Of a stretch of DNA of 54,874 nucleotides, positions 9,207 to 19,634 are shown in pieces (position 1 is the first letter of the stretch; each line of letters opens with the position of its first letter). The stretch comes from Aestuariivirga sp. (GTDB taxonomy: Bacteria; Pseudomonadota; Alphaproteobacteria; Rhizobiales; Aestuariivirgaceae). The notes under the pieces are model-generated. The model saw only the letters and a list, made by a program, of their open reading frames with translations, was not told where the DNA came from and did no database searches. The position numbers and the translations under genes were made by a program. The stretch is taken from positions 1-54,874 of the forward strand of contig NZ_JBIICB010000001.1 of the NCBI RefSeq assembly GCF_044239095.1, written 5' to 3'.

Positions 9207-10316
9207 TCAGTTCTGCGCCGCGGGGGCGGGCTGGCGGCCCTGCAATGCAGGCAGCGGCAGGTAGGGCACAACGCCCTGGCCATTCCCGCCTGATTCCATG
9301 ATGACCTTGTTGGTCTGGCCGAGGATCTGCTCCATCGTCTCGAGGAAGATACGCTCACGCGTCACGCCGCGGGCGTTCTTGTATTCCTCATAGACCGAGA
9401 GGAAGCGCGCCGATTCACCTTCGGCCTGCGCCACGACGCTGGCCTTGTAGGCGTTGGCGTCCTCGATCAGCTTGGCGGCTTCACCGTCGGCCAGGCGGAA
9501 CTGCTGGTTGCGGTACTGCTCGGCCTCGTTGATGAGCTGCTGCTGGTTCTGGCCGGCGCGCACCACTTCGGCGAAGGCATCGGCCACCTCGCGCGGCGGC
9601 TGCACGTCACCTAGGTTGATGGATGTGATGGTGACGCCCGCCTTGTATTCGTCGAGCAGGGTCTGGGTGATTTCCATCACCTGCGCCTCGACCGTGTTCT
9701 TGCCGGTCGTCAGGATGGCCTGGGCGCGGGTCTGGCCCACCACCTCACGCATCGCGGACTGCGACACGGAGCGGATGGTGCGCTCCTGGTCGGCGACGTT
9801 GAACAGGAAGCTCTGCGCGTCATTGATGCGCCAGAACACCGAGAAGGGCACGCTGATGATGTTCTTGTCGGAGGTCAGCATCTGGGCCTCGCCGCCATCG
9901 TTGCCGATGTTGATCTGGCGCACCGCGCCGACGCGCGGCTTCTCCATGGTCTCCACCGGCCACAGCGCGAAGTGCAGGCCGGGCTCGGCCACGCGGTCGA
10001 AGGTGCCGAAGCGCAGGACGACGCCGCGCTCGTCAGGCTGAACCTGATAGATCGAGTTGTAGATGACGAAGAGCGCGATCAGCGCGACGGGGAGGATCCA
10101 TGTGAAGCGGCCACCGCCGCCCTGCGGCAGCACCTGCTTCAGCCGGTCCTGGCCCTTGCGGATCAGCTCATCAAGATCCGGCGGATTGGGGCCGCGGCCC
10201 CCGCCCTGGTTCGGCCGGCGCGGACCGCCGCCACCACCGCCTTGGCCACCCTGTCCCCAGGGCCCCTGGCCCCACGGACCCTGGTTACCGCCACCGCCTT
10301 CGGAATTCCACGGCAT
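9207..10316 (-). CDS. hflK: FtsH protease modulator HflK
   Basis: MPWN..GPWG N-terminus, PPDLDE, VTRERIFLETME, VVPYLPL. Confidence 0.96.
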   Translation of the reverse strand: MPWNSEGGGGNQGPWGQGPWGQGGQGGGGGGPRRPNQGGGRGPNPPDLDELIRKGQDRLKQVLPQGGGGRFTWILPVALIALFVIYNSIYQVQPDERGVVLRFGTFDRVAEPGLHFALWPVETMEKPRVGAVRQINIGNDGGEAQMLTSDKNIISVPFSVFWRINDAQSFLFNVADQERTIRSVSQSAMREVVGQTRAQAILTTGKNTVEAQVMEITQTLLDEYKAGVTITSINLGDVQPPREVADAFAEVVRAGQNQQQLINEAEQYRNQQFRLADGEAAKLIEDANAYKASVVAQAEGESARFLSVYEEYKNARGVTRERIFLETMEQILGQTNKVIMESGGNGQGVVPYLPLPALQGRQPAPAAQN

Positions 10317-10366
10317 TCAAGTCACCCCTGTTGTTCTGGTCTCGGTGATACGTATCTCGCGCCACG

Positions 10367-10395
10367 ATATAGGTACGCTGCGGCGCAATGTCCAC
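10367..10395 (-). promoter_or_regulatory. Putative RpoH (sigma32) promoter for hflK
   Basis: Minus strand GTGGAC-N16-CCTATAT; -10 matches the alphaproteobacterial RpoH consensus, -35 is weak. Confidence 0.4.
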
Positions 10396-10409
10396 GGCAT
10401 TGGAATGCC

Positions 10410-10904
10410 TTACATTTTTGTCATGCGGTCGAGCGTGCGCAAGGTGAAGGCGGCGGAATCCCGCTCTCCCCTGGGGTGCACTTCGCGGGCCACCTCGCGC
10501 CATTGGCCGGGTGCGAGGTCTGGAAAATGCGTATCGCCGTCAACCTCGAGATCGACCTCGGTGAGGTAGATGCGGTCCACCATGGGCCAGAACAGGCGGT
10601 AGATCTCGCCGCCGCCGATCACGGCGACTTCCTTTTCGCCTGCGCAAAGCGCCAGCGCCTGCTCCGGCGTTGCCACCACCTCCGCACCTTCCGCGGTGAA
10701 CCCCGGTTGCCGGGTGATCACGATGTTGCGGCGGCCGGGCAAGGGTTTCCTCGGCAGGCTGTCCCAGGTCTTGCGGCCCATCACCACCGGCTTTCCCATG
10801 GTGATTTCCTTGAAGCGCTTGAGATCGGAGGAAATATGCCAGGGAAGGCCGCCCTCCCGCCCGATCACCCCATTGCGCGAAACGGCGACGACGTAGGAAA
10901 TCAT
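10410..10904 (-). CDS. folA: Dihydrofolate reductase
   Basis: GVIG..LPW..DLKRFK, MGRKTWDS, PLPGRRNIV, IGGGEIY, GDTHFP. Confidence 0.97.
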   Translation of the reverse strand: MISYVVAVSRNGVIGREGGLPWHISSDLKRFKEITMGKPVVMGRKTWDSLPRKPLPGRRNIVITRQPGFTAEGAEVVATPEQALALCAGEKEVAVIGGGEIYRLFWPMVDRIYLTEVDLEVDGDTHFPDLAPGQWREVAREVHPRGERDSAAFTLRTLDRMTKM

Positions 10905-11377
10905 GATCCGAGCCTTTCCAGTGCTTCCCCCGAAAGCCTGCAATAGCACGTCCCGCCCTCGATTTCGGCCCCTGCCGCCTCGTAGAGCCGCCGCGCACCA
11001 GCGTTCCAGTCCATCATAAGCCAGGAGATGGCGGGAAGCCCGCGTGATTGCGCCAGGCGCGCCACCGCCCGGAGCAGTTCATTGCCGATGCCGCGGCGCC
11101 GGTGGCCGGGCAGGACCGAGAGATCCTCAAGGTAGAGCGTTTCGCGCCCGCGGAAGGTGGAAAAGCTCCGGTGCCAGATGGCCGAGCCCGCAGGCTCACC
11201 CGCCCAGAAGGCGATGAAGGCCCCACCCACGGGGGAAGGATCGGCCAGGAAACGCTCAAAATCCTCCGGAACGGCCGTGAAGTCCTGCCCATGACCATGG
11301 TTGGTTGCAAGTTCCAGCGCCATGGCATGAAGTGTCGAGCCATCCCCCACCCCCGCCTGCCGGATCGTGATGCTCAC
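10901..11377 (-). CDS. GNAT acetyltransferase (SSAT-like)
   Basis: FSTFRG..LYLEDL, RRRGIG, DWN; GTG start overlapping the upstream stop. Confidence 0.9.
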   Translation of the reverse strand: MSITIRQAGVGDGSTLHAMALELATNHGHGQDFTAVPEDFERFLADPSPVGGAFIAFWAGEPAGSAIWHRSFSTFRGRETLYLEDLSVLPGHRRRGIGNELLRAVARLAQSRGLPAISWLMMDWNAGARRLYEAAGAEIEGGTCYCRLSGEALERLGS

Positions 11378-11850
11378 CGCGCCAGCGCCGAAAGTTCGGC
11401 GCCTGATACGCGGTAGACGGTCCACTCATCCATGGGCTTTGCGCCCATCGCCTTGTAGGCGGCAATCGAGGGCTCGTTCCAGTCCAGCACCCACCATTGC
11501 AGCCGCGGCAGGCCCTCCGCGACACAGCGCTTTGCGAGGTGCTTCAGCAGCGCCTTGCCGATGCCGCGGCCCCTGAGATGCGGCTCGACGTAGAGGTCCT
11601 CGAGATAGATCCCGGCCTTTCCGGCAAAGGTCGAGAAATTATAGAACCACAGCGCGAAGCCCGCGGGTTCTCCCGCCCAGAAGGCCAGTTCGCAGTGGCA
11701 GCGCGGGCTGGCGCCGAACAGCGCCTCGCGGATGTCGTCCTCGCTGGCCGTCACGTCGTGAAGCAGCTTCTCGTAATCCGCCAGCTTGCGGATGAAGGCC
11801 AAGACCTGCGCCTCCTCGCCGGGCTCCGCCTGCCTGATCTCCAGCATCAC
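11374..11850 (-). CDS. GNAT acetyltransferase (SSAT-like)
   Basis: LADYEK, FSTFAG..IYLEDL, RGRGIG, VLDWN; start 11850 (GTG) or 11847. Confidence 0.92.
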   Translation of the reverse strand: MMLEIRQAEPGEEAQVLAFIRKLADYEKLLHDVTASEDDIREALFGASPRCHCELAFWAGEPAGFALWFYNFSTFAGKAGIYLEDLYVEPHLRGRGIGKALLKHLAKRCVAEGLPRLQWWVLDWNEPSIAAYKAMGAKPMDEWTVYRVSGAELSALAR

Positions 11851-12671
11851 AGGGCAGCCCCCTGCCCGCCAAAGACGATGAGCGCATAGATGCCGTTCCA
11901 GGCGCCGTGGCAGATGACCGGCACCCACAGGCTGCCGAAGCGGTACATCATCCAGCCGAAGGCCAGCCCCATGATGAAGATGAGCCCGATCGAGAGCCAC
12001 GGCTCTGACGCGTGCAGCAGCGCCCAGCCGGCAGAGGTGACCACGCTGGTGCCGGAGACGCCGAGCCGCGTCTGCGACAGGGCGGCGAACAGCTGCCCGC
12101 GGAAGATCAGCTCCTCCACCAGCGGCGCACCGATGGCGATCGAGGGAAAGACCAGCAGGAACAGCAGCGGCTCATTGGCGATATCGAACATCGCCTCCTT
12201 GACGAGGCCTGCCGACCCCGTCACGGGCGACTGGCCGTCAGGCCCCGGCGTGTACTGCGAAAGGTCAATTCCGAGCGCCAGCACCAGCAGCGTGATGGTC
12301 ACATACATCCCCAGCATGAAGCCGCCGATGAGCATGAACCAGCCCATGGGCGTTAGCCTGGGCCGGTGCAGGCTCAGCACCTCCCGCCGGTTGCCGCCGC
12401 GCAGCCCGGCCAGCCACCAAGCCGCTGCCGCCACGGCGAGCGCAGAGGGAAAGATCACGATCAGCCCGGCCTTCACCAGACTGCGCGTTCCGGAAGGGTC
12501 ATCGGTGAAAAAGCCCGCCAGCACGGCCATCGCCAGGACCGACTGCAGGAACATGTAGAGCAGGATGAGGCTCACGCCTGCGGCCAGCGCGAAGGCGAGG
12601 CCTGCCGGATTGACGGGCCGGTAGAGCCTGCGGAAAAGCCCGCCGGCAAAATCCTCTCCCCCGGCGCTCAT
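11847..12671 (-). CDS. CPBP (CAAX/Abi) intramembrane metalloprotease
   Basis: [21 protein letters not shown] motifs. Confidence 0.92.
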   Translation of the reverse strand: MSAGGEDFAGGLFRRLYRPVNPAGLAFALAAGVSLILLYMFLQSVLAMAVLAGFFTDDPSGTRSLVKAGLIVIFPSALAVAAAAWWLAGLRGGNRREVLSLHRPRLTPMGWFMLIGGFMLGMYVTITLLVLALGIDLSQYTPGPDGQSPVTGSAGLVKEAMFDIANEPLLFLLVFPSIAIGAPLVEELIFRGQLFAALSQTRLGVSGTSVVTSAGWALLHASEPWLSIGLIFIMGLAFGWMMYRFGSLWVPVICHGAWNGIYALIVFGGQGAAL

Positions 12672-13462
12672 ACCGCGACCGGTGCTGCGATGTGGGGGTG
12701 CGACTGGTATCCGGCGATCTCGATATCCTCGAAGCGGAAGTCGGTGATCTCCTTCACCTGCCGCCTGAAGATGAGGCGCGGCAGCGGCAGGAGTTCCCGC
12801 GCCAGCTGCTCGTCCGCCTGGTCGAGGTGGTTGAGATAGAGGTGCGCATCGCCCAGTGTATGGATGAATTCGCCGGGCTTCAGGCCTGTCACCTCCGCCA
12901 CCATGTGGGTGAGCAGCGCGTAGGACGCGATGTTGAAAGGCACGCCGAGGAAGATATCCGCCGAGCGCTGGTAGAGCTGGCAGGACAGCCTGCCATCCGC
13001 CACGTAGAACTGGAACAGGCAGTGGCAGGGCGGCAGCGCCATGCGGTCCACATCCGCCGGGTTCCAGGCGGTCACGATCAGCCGGCGCGAATCCGGGCTC
13101 TTGCGTATTCGCGCGATCACGTCCGAGAGCTGGTCGATGGCCGAACCGTCACGCGCGGGCCAGGAGCGCCACTGCGCGCCATAGACCGGCCCCAGCTCGC
13201 CCTTCTCATCCGCCCACTCGTCCCAGATCGTGACCTTGTTGTCGCGCAGGTAACCGATGTTGGTTTCGCCCCGGATGAACCACAAAAGCTCATGGATAAT
13301 GGAGCGGAGATGCAGCTTCTTGGTCGTCACCAGCGGAAAGCCCTGGGCCAGATCAAAGCGCATCTGCCAGCCGAAGACGGAGAGCGTGCCGGTGCCCGTC
13401 CGGTCGTCCTTGCGGTGGCCATGCGCCCGCACATGCCGCATGAGGTGGTGATATTGTTCCAT
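12668..13462 (-). CDS. thyA: Thymidylate synthase
   Basis: DRTGTGT, ELLWF, ALPPCH, YQRSAD..LGVPFN. Confidence 0.98.
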   Translation of the reverse strand: MEQYHHLMRHVRAHGHRKDDRTGTGTLSVFGWQMRFDLAQGFPLVTTKKLHLRSIIHELLWFIRGETNIGYLRDNKVTIWDEWADEKGELGPVYGAQWRSWPARDGSAIDQLSDVIARIRKSPDSRRLIVTAWNPADVDRMALPPCHCLFQFYVADGRLSCQLYQRSADIFLGVPFNIASYALLTHMVAEVTGLKPGEFIHTLGDAHLYLNHLDQADEQLARELLPLPRLIFRRQVKEITDFRFEDIEIAGYQSHPHIAAPVAV

Positions 13463-13581
13463 GGCGCACAGGTTAGACGATTCCGGCGCGCGGGACAAAG
13501 CCCCGGCGGGAAAGCCCCAAGTTTCCCTTCCCTTCCCCGGCCAGGCTTCCTATATTCCACCCGTCACGCCCACAAGGCATG

Positions 13582-13885
13582 ACTATGGCGATAAACGGTG
13601 ATCGTAATAAACCTTTCGGACCCGGGGGCAGTACCCGGCGCCTCCACCACCGGCTGCTGCAGGCCGGCAGCCGGTGATGGGGGCGAACCAGGATCGACGA
13701 GGGTGTAAAGGGTTGCTTTTTGCCCGTGATGGTACCGACGTTATCGGGCTAAACATATAGTTGCCAACGACAACTATGCTCCGGTCGCAGTGGCTGCTTA
13801 ACGCAGTCTGAGCACCGAAATCAAAGTCCTTGGGCTTAGCCGCTTAAGGCGGGGTTCGCCGGCACCTGGCAACAGAAGCCGGCAC
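13582..13885 (+). ncRNA. ssrA: Two-piece (circularly permuted) tmRNA; tag peptide ANDNYAPVAVAA
   Basis: T-arm and CTCCACCA (ends 13649) precede GGGGGCGAA..GGATCGAC (13679); tag frame 13763-13801; GGCAACAGAA 3' motif; outer ends approximate. Confidence 0.95.
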
Positions 13886-13998
13886 TTCCATTCATTCCGG
13901 GCCCTCCACAGGCCGCCACAAAACAGGGGGTGACTTTGCTTCCGGCGGCTCGCTATGGTACGTGGCAGTTCCTCAACTGAGAAACACCCGGATTCGGC

Positions 13999-14508
13999 AT
14001 GCCAGAAGACTTGATGCGCTATGATCTGCTCGCCCAGAACGCCCTGAAGGGTGTGGTGCGGGAGGCGCTCCGCATAGCCGAAAGCACTGGGCTGCCCGGC
14101 GAACATCACTTCTATATCGCCTTCAACACCCGCCATCCGGGGGTGCTGCTGTCGGAGAAGATCGCCCAGCGCTATCCGCGCGAGATGACGATCGTGCTGC
14201 AGCACCAGTACTGGAACCTGAGCGTCCAGGAAGACCGCTTCGAGGTCGAACTCTCCTTCGACAACGTGCCGGAGCACCTCTCCATTCCCTTCGACGCGGT
14301 GAAGGGCTTCCTCGATCCGGCCGTGCAGTTCGGGCTGCAGTTCGAGACAGCCAATGCCGAGCGCCGCCCGCGCGAGGTGGAGGCGCCAAAGCCAGCGCCC
14401 GCCCAGGCCGAGCCAGAGGCCGCCGTTCCCGCAAAGGCGCCAGAGGAGCAGCCCGCACCGGAAGAGGCCGCCAAGGTCGTCTCGCTCGACCAGTTCCGCA
14501 AGAAGTGA
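13999..14508 (+). CDS. sspB: ClpXP adaptor SspB (alpha type)
   Basis: GLPGEHHFYIAF, YPREMTIVLQHQ, C-terminal VVSLDQFRKK; next to ssrA. Confidence 0.95.
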   Translation: MPEDLMRYDLLAQNALKGVVREALRIAESTGLPGEHHFYIAFNTRHPGVLLSEKIAQRYPREMTIVLQHQYWNLSVQEDRFEVELSFDNVPEHLSIPFDAVKGFLDPAVQFGLQFETANAERRPREVEAPKPAPAQAEPEAAVPAKAPEEQPAPEEAAKVVSLDQFRKK

Positions 14509-15473
14509 CCACGATGCCGGACAGCCGCTGGCTCTTCGCTCTCCTGCTCCTGGTGCTCGCCGTGGCGAGCGGGGCGGCATTCGCCCAGTCGACGGCGGAT
14601 GCGGAGGCGCTCGCCGCCAAGGCTTCCGGATTGAACGACAAGGAGCTCAGGAAGCTTCCTGCCAAGAAGGTGTTCGGCGGCCAGAAGGGGCCGACCACCA
14701 GCCTGAAGGCGCGCGCCATCGGATCCTACGCCATGGGCTGCATGGCGGGCGGCAAGGCGCTGGAGGTGGACGGCCCGGCCTGGCAGGTCATGCGCCTGTC
14801 ACGCAACCGCAACTGGGGCCACCCGGAGCTCATCTCCCTGGTCGAGCGGCTCGCCGCCGAGGCCAAGAACAAGGACGGCTGGAACGGGCTTCTGGTGGGC
14901 GATCTCGCCCAGCCGCGCGGCGGACCCATGCTTTCCGGTCATGCCAGCCACCAGATCGGCCTCGACGTGGACATCTGGCTGACGCCGATGCCCGAGCGCA
15001 CCCTGACCCGCAAGGAGCGCGAGGAGATCAAGGGCAAGCTGGTGGTGAAGGACCGCAAGCGGATCGACCCCGATGTGTGGACGGAGGCGCATGCGCGGCT
15101 GTTGAAGCGCGCCGCGTCCTACCCGGAAGTGGCCCGCATCTTCGTGCATCCGCCGATCAAGGCGGAAATGTGCAAGTGGGCCAAGGGCAAGGGCGAATGG
15201 CTTGCCAAGATCCGCCCCTACTTCGGGCATAACTGGCACTTCCACATCCGCATCAAATGCCCGGCGGATTCGCCCAACTGCAAGAACCAGCCGGAGGCCC
15301 GCCCCAAGGACGGCACCGGCTGCGGCGACGAGCTTGCCCACTGGCTGGGCGAGAAGCCGTGGCCAAAGCCGCCGAAGCAAGAGGCTGCACCGAAGAAACC
15401 GGCGAAACCCGCCCCGCCCTTGACTCTCTCGGCGCTTCCTGCTGAATGCCGCGCCATTGTGACGGCTGAGTAG
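14505..15473 (+). CDS. mepA: Penicillin-insensitive murein endopeptidase
   Basis: IGSYAMGC, RNRNWGHP, GHASHQIGLDVD, HNWHFHIR; signal peptide. Confidence 0.93.
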   Translation: MTTMPDSRWLFALLLLVLAVASGAAFAQSTADAEALAAKASGLNDKELRKLPAKKVFGGQKGPTTSLKARAIGSYAMGCMAGGKALEVDGPAWQVMRLSRNRNWGHPELISLVERLAAEAKNKDGWNGLLVGDLAQPRGGPMLSGHASHQIGLDVDIWLTPMPERTLTRKEREEIKGKLVVKDRKRIDPDVWTEAHARLLKRAASYPEVARIFVHPPIKAEMCKWAKGKGEWLAKIRPYFGHNWHFHIRIKCPADSPNCKNQPEARPKDGTGCGDELAHWLGEKPWPKPPKQEAAPKKPAKPAPPLTLSALPAECRAIVTAE

Positions 15474-15519
15474 CCGGCGCTGAACAGACAGGGGGAGCGG
15501 CGCCATTGGCGCCTTGCCC

Positions 15520-17406
15520 ATGCAACACGAAAACGCCCAGCAGCACGGCCCCAGCAAGACCACGTTGAAGCTGGCATTCGCCTCGATCGGCGTCGTCTTC
15601 GGCGACATCGGCACGAGCCCGCTTTATGCGATGCGCGAAGCCCTTGATCCCGTCGTCGCCGCGGGCGGCGACCTGCGCGCCGCCGTGCTTGGCGTCGCGT
15701 CGCTGCTGATCTGGGCGCTCATCCTCATCGTGACGCTGAAATACGTGGTCTTCCTGATGCGTGCCGACAACAAGGGCGAAGGCGGCATCCTGTCGCTCGT
15801 CGTGCTGGTTGAAACGCTGCTGCGCAAGAAGGGTGGAATCGTGCTGGCGCTCGGCATGATCGGCGCGGCCTTCTTCTTCGGCGATGCGATGATCACGCCC
15901 GCCATGTCCGTCCTGTCGGCGGTCGAGGGCCTGAAGGTGGTGAACGAGGGCTTTGCCCCCTACATCGTGCCGCTGACGCTTGGCATTCTGGTGACGCTCT
16001 TCCTGTTCCAGTACAAGGGCACGGCGGGCGTGGCGCAGCTTTTCGCGCCCATCACCTTCGTCTGGTTCCTCACGCTGGGCGTGATGGGTGGCGTGCACAT
16101 CTTCGACGATCTCGAGATCCTCTACGCCTTCAACCCGGCCTATGGGCTTTCCATGCTGATCGATCGCCCGGGGCTGGCGCTCCTCGTGTTCGGCGGCGTG
16201 TTCCTGGCGGTGACCGGCGGCGAGGCGCTCTACGCCGACATGGGCCACTTCGGCCCGAAGCCCATGCGGATCGCGTGGCTTTCGGTGGTGTTCCCCGGCC
16301 TGATCCTCAACTACCTGGGCCAGGGCGCCTTCATCATCTCGCATCCTCACGCGGTCGAAAATCCGTTCTTCCTGATGGTGAGCGGCTGGCTGGTCGTTCC
16401 GCTCGTCATCCTCGCCATGGTGGTCACGGTGATCGCCTCTCAGGCCGTCATCACCGGCGCCTTCTCGATCGCCCAGCAGGCGATGTCGCTCGGCCTGTTT
16501 CCGCGCATGAACATCACCCACACCAGCGAGACCGAGCACGGACAGATCTATGTGGCGCAGATCAACTGGATGCTGCTTGTGGGCGTGGTGATCCTGGTTC
16601 TGGTGTTCAAGTCGTCGAACAACCTCGCCTCCGCCTATGGCATCGCCGTCAACACCTCGATGGTGGTGGATTCGATTCTCGCCGTCATCTTCTTCTGGAA
16701 GTCGCGCACCCTGCCGCGCTGGTTCGTGATCCCGTCAATCATGCTGATCCTGGCGATCGAACTCGTGTTCCTGGCGGCCAACGGCCTCAAACTGGCCAAT
16801 GGCGGCTATATGCCCGTCCTGCTCGGCGCGACCATCATCATGTTGATGTTCACCTGGATGCGCGGCCGCCAGGCGCTGGCGGCCAAGCTCAGGAAGGAAT
16901 CGGTTGAGCTCCTGCCGCTGCTGGAGAGCCTCGAGCGCCGCCAGCCCACGCGCGTCGCGGGTGCGGCCGTCTTCCTGCAGACCGACCCCGTCTATGCGCC
17001 CAGCGCGCTGATGCACAATCTGAAGCACAACCGCGTGCTGCACGACAGGCTGGTCTTCGTGACCGCCGAAACGACGAGCGAACCGAGGATCGACAACGAG
17101 AACCGGGTGCGCGTCAAGCAGCTGCCGCTCGGCGCCTGGCTGGTGGAGGCGCGCTTTGGCTACATGGAGCAGCCAGACGTGCCGAAGGCTTTGCGCGCCT
17201 GTGCGCCCTTCGGCCTCGAAATTGACCCGCGCCAGGCGTCATATTTCCTTGGTAGACGGGTGATACGCATGTCAGCACGGTCGTCGCTGCCGTTCTGGCA
17301 GCAGCGGCTGTTCATCATGATGGCCAACCATTCGGCACGCGCCATCGAGTTCTTCCGCATCCCGCCCGACCGCGTGGTCGAGCTGGGCATGCAGATGAGC
17401 GTCTGA
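15520..17406 (+). CDS. kup: KUP/HAK potassium transporter
   Basis: GVVFGDIGTSPLY, GEALYADMGHFG, LASAYGIAV. Confidence 0.97.
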   Translation: MQHENAQQHGPSKTTLKLAFASIGVVFGDIGTSPLYAMREALDPVVAAGGDLRAAVLGVASLLIWALILIVTLKYVVFLMRADNKGEGGILSLVVLVETLLRKKGGIVLALGMIGAAFFFGDAMITPAMSVLSAVEGLKVVNEGFAPYIVPLTLGILVTLFLFQYKGTAGVAQLFAPITFVWFLTLGVMGGVHIFDDLEILYAFNPAYGLSMLIDRPGLALLVFGGVFLAVTGGEALYADMGHFGPKPMRIAWLSVVFPGLILNYLGQGAFIISHPHAVENPFFLMVSGWLVVPLVILAMVVTVIASQAVITGAFSIAQQAMSLGLFPRMNITHTSETEHGQIYVAQINWMLLVGVVILVLVFKSSNNLASAYGIAVNTSMVVDSILAVIFFWKSRTLPRWFVIPSIMLILAIELVFLAANGLKLANGGYMPVLLGATIIMLMFTWMRGRQALAAKLRKESVELLPLLESLERRQPTRVAGAAVFLQTDPVYAPSALMHNLKHNRVLHDRLVFVTAETTSEPRIDNENRVRVKQLPLGAWLVEARFGYMEQPDVPKALRACAPFGLEIDPRQASYFLGRRVIRMSARSSLPFWQQRLFIMMANHSARAIEFFRIPPDRVVELGMQMSV

Positions 17407-17427
17407 ACACCAGCACAGGAAAACGGC

Positions 17428-18360
17428 ATGGCCCTCATCGCTCCCTTCTCCGCCCCGGGACGCTTCTGGCGCGGCAACCTTCACACGCACTCGAACCTCT
17501 CCGACGGCGCGCTGGAGCCCCGGGCCGTCATCGACGCCTACAAACACGCGGGCTACGACTTCATGCAGCTCTCGGAACATTTCATCGGCAATTTCGATTT
17601 TCCCATCGCCGACACGCGGAGCTTCCGCTCCAACAGCTTCACCACGCTGATCGGCGCCGAACTCCACGCGCCCGAGACCGCCGTGGGCGAGCTCTGGCAC
17701 ATCGTGGCGGCCGGCCTGCCGCTGGACTTTCCGCGAAATCTCGACGGCGAGACGGGAGCCCAGGTGGCGCGCCGCGCGCATGAGGCTGGCGCCTTCATCG
17801 GCATTGCGCACCCTGCCTGGTCGCAGCTCACCATGGAAGACGGACGCGCCATCGACTGCGCCCATGCGGTGGAGATCTACAACCACGGCTGCGCCATCGA
17901 GAATGACCGCGGCGACGGCTGGTACTTGCTCGACCAGATGCTGACCGAGGGCCACCGCCTTTCAGCCTTCGCCACCGATGACGCGCATTTCAAGACGCCC
18001 GACCATTTTGGCGGCTGGGTGCATGTGAAGGCGGAAAGCCTCAATCCCGATGCGCTGCTCGAAAGCCTTAAGCAGGGTCTCTATTATTCGAGCATGGGGC
18101 CGCAGATTCATGCGATCGAGATGAACGGCAAGGAGATCTCGATTGCCTGCTCGCCGGTGGACACCATCACCGTGCTGTGCGGCACCTCGCGCACCATGGT
18201 GCGCAACGGCCGCGCCATCACCGAGGCGAGCTTCGACCTCGCCAAGCTCGAGAAAGGCTGGCTTCTGAAGAAGCAGAGCGCCTGGTTCCGCGTGGTGGTG
18301 ATCGACAATGGCGGAAAGCGCGCCTGGAGCAATCCGATCTGGTGGGACGAAATCGGCTGA
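17428..18360 (+). CDS. PHP-family (CehA/McbA-like) metallohydrolase
   Basis: GNLHTHSNLSDG, AHP, TDDAH, AWSNPIW. Confidence 0.85.
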   Translation: MALIAPFSAPGRFWRGNLHTHSNLSDGALEPRAVIDAYKHAGYDFMQLSEHFIGNFDFPIADTRSFRSNSFTTLIGAELHAPETAVGELWHIVAAGLPLDFPRNLDGETGAQVARRAHEAGAFIGIAHPAWSQLTMEDGRAIDCAHAVEIYNHGCAIENDRGDGWYLLDQMLTEGHRLSAFATDDAHFKTPDHFGGWVHVKAESLNPDALLESLKQGLYYSSMGPQIHAIEMNGKEISIACSPVDTITVLCGTSRTMVRNGRAITEASFDLAKLEKGWLLKKQSAWFRVVVIDNGGKRAWSNPIWWDEIG

Positions 18361-18365
18361 AACCC

Positions 18366-19559
18366 ATGCCGCTCTGGATCGTCATCTGCGGGCTGGGCGT
18401 GACCCAGATCATCGGCTGGGGCACCACCTATTATGCGCTGGGCGCCCTCTCGCAGGATATCGCCGCCAGCACCGGATGGTCCACGGCGCTGATCTTCGGG
18501 GCCTTCTCCGGCGCACTGCTGGTGAGCGGCATGATCTCGCCCTGGGCCGGGCGGCTGGTCGACCGCAAGGGCGGGCGGCGCGTGATGGTGGCGGGCTCGC
18601 TGCTGTCTGCCGCGGGCCTGGCCATCATCGGCGCCTTTCCCCATCCCGTGACCTATGTTGCAGGCTGGCTGGTGCTGGGGCTTGCCATGCGGCTTGCCAC
18701 CTATGACGCGGCTTTCGCCAGCCTCACACAGATCACAGGCACGGGCGCACGGCGCGCCATCTCCTATCTCACATTGTTCGGGGGGCTCGCCTCCACCGTG
18801 TTCTGGCCGGCGAGCCACTACCTGTCGCAGGGCATCGGCTGGCCGAACACGCTGCTGGCCTATGCGGCGCTGCACCTGGTGCTGTGCCTTCCCATCCACG
18901 CCGTGGTGCTCGGCGCGGCGCGGGGCGAAGGCGAAAGCATGGAGGCGCCAACCACCACGGCGGTGGCCACCCTGGCCGATGGTGCGCGGCGCAAGGCGAT
19001 GGCGCTCTTCGCCGCGGCCGTGGCCCTCAATGGCCTCGTCTTTTCCGCAATCTCCGCGCATGCCGTGCCGCTCTTTGCCGCCCTGGGCTTCCGGGGGGAG
19101 GAGGCCGTGTTCATGGCCGCGCTGATAGGCCCCGCACAGGTGGCAAGCCGCGTGGGCGAGATCCTGATGGGCGGAAGGCTCCGCGCCCTCGATCTCGGCC
19201 TCATCGCATTCGGGCTGCTGCCCGTGGCGATCGCCATCTTCGCCGGGCTTGGCTTCTCATGGCCAGCGGCCATCGCCTTCGCGCTTCTCTATGGCGCATC
19301 GAACGGGCTCGTCACCATCGCCAAGGGTGCGGTGCCGCTTGCACTCTTTGGCCCCCGGGGCTTTGGCGAGGTGCTGGGCGTGATCTCGGCGCCAAATCTC
19401 GTGCTCAACGCGGCAGCCCCCCTGCTCTTCGCGCTGCTGCTGACGGCCGCTTCGGCCCAGACGGCAATCATGGTTGCAGGCGCCTCAGCGCTCGCCTCCT
19501 GCCTGTTCATGCTGTGGCTCACGCGGCTTCACCGGCATGCGGGGCAAACTTCCGTCTGA
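18366..19559 (+). CDS. MFS transporter (resembles the ArsK-like subfamily)
   Basis: About 12 TM segments; GVTQIIGWGTTYY, GRLVDRKGGR motif A, GGLASTVFWP. Confidence 0.85.
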   Translation: MPLWIVICGLGVTQIIGWGTTYYALGALSQDIAASTGWSTALIFGAFSGALLVSGMISPWAGRLVDRKGGRRVMVAGSLLSAAGLAIIGAFPHPVTYVAGWLVLGLAMRLATYDAAFASLTQITGTGARRAISYLTLFGGLASTVFWPASHYLSQGIGWPNTLLAYAALHLVLCLPIHAVVLGAARGEGESMEAPTTTAVATLADGARRKAMALFAAAVALNGLVFSAISAHAVPLFAALGFRGEEAVFMAALIGPAQVASRVGEILMGGRLRALDLGLIAFGLLPVAIAIFAGLGFSWPAAIAFALLYGASNGLVTIAKGAVPLALFGPRGFGEVLGVISAPNLVLNAAAPLLFALLLTAASAQTAIMVAGASALASCLFMLWLTRLHRHAGQTSV

Positions 19560-19634
19560 CTGGCGGGAGGGATTGCAAAATGATAATCAGCCCGCCGAAA
19601 CCAATCCGCAAGCCATAAGCTTTCGAGGACGGAC

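Noticed and set aside
13621-13700. Possible tRNA-Ala
   Set aside because: The halves are in permuted order, there is no anticodon arm, and a tag frame follows: it is tmRNA
18177-18365. N-terminal extension of the MFS ORF (likewise hflC, ftsA and CNNM in the ORF track)
   Set aside because: The extensions overlap upstream genes and lack family-like sequence; downstream starts fit better
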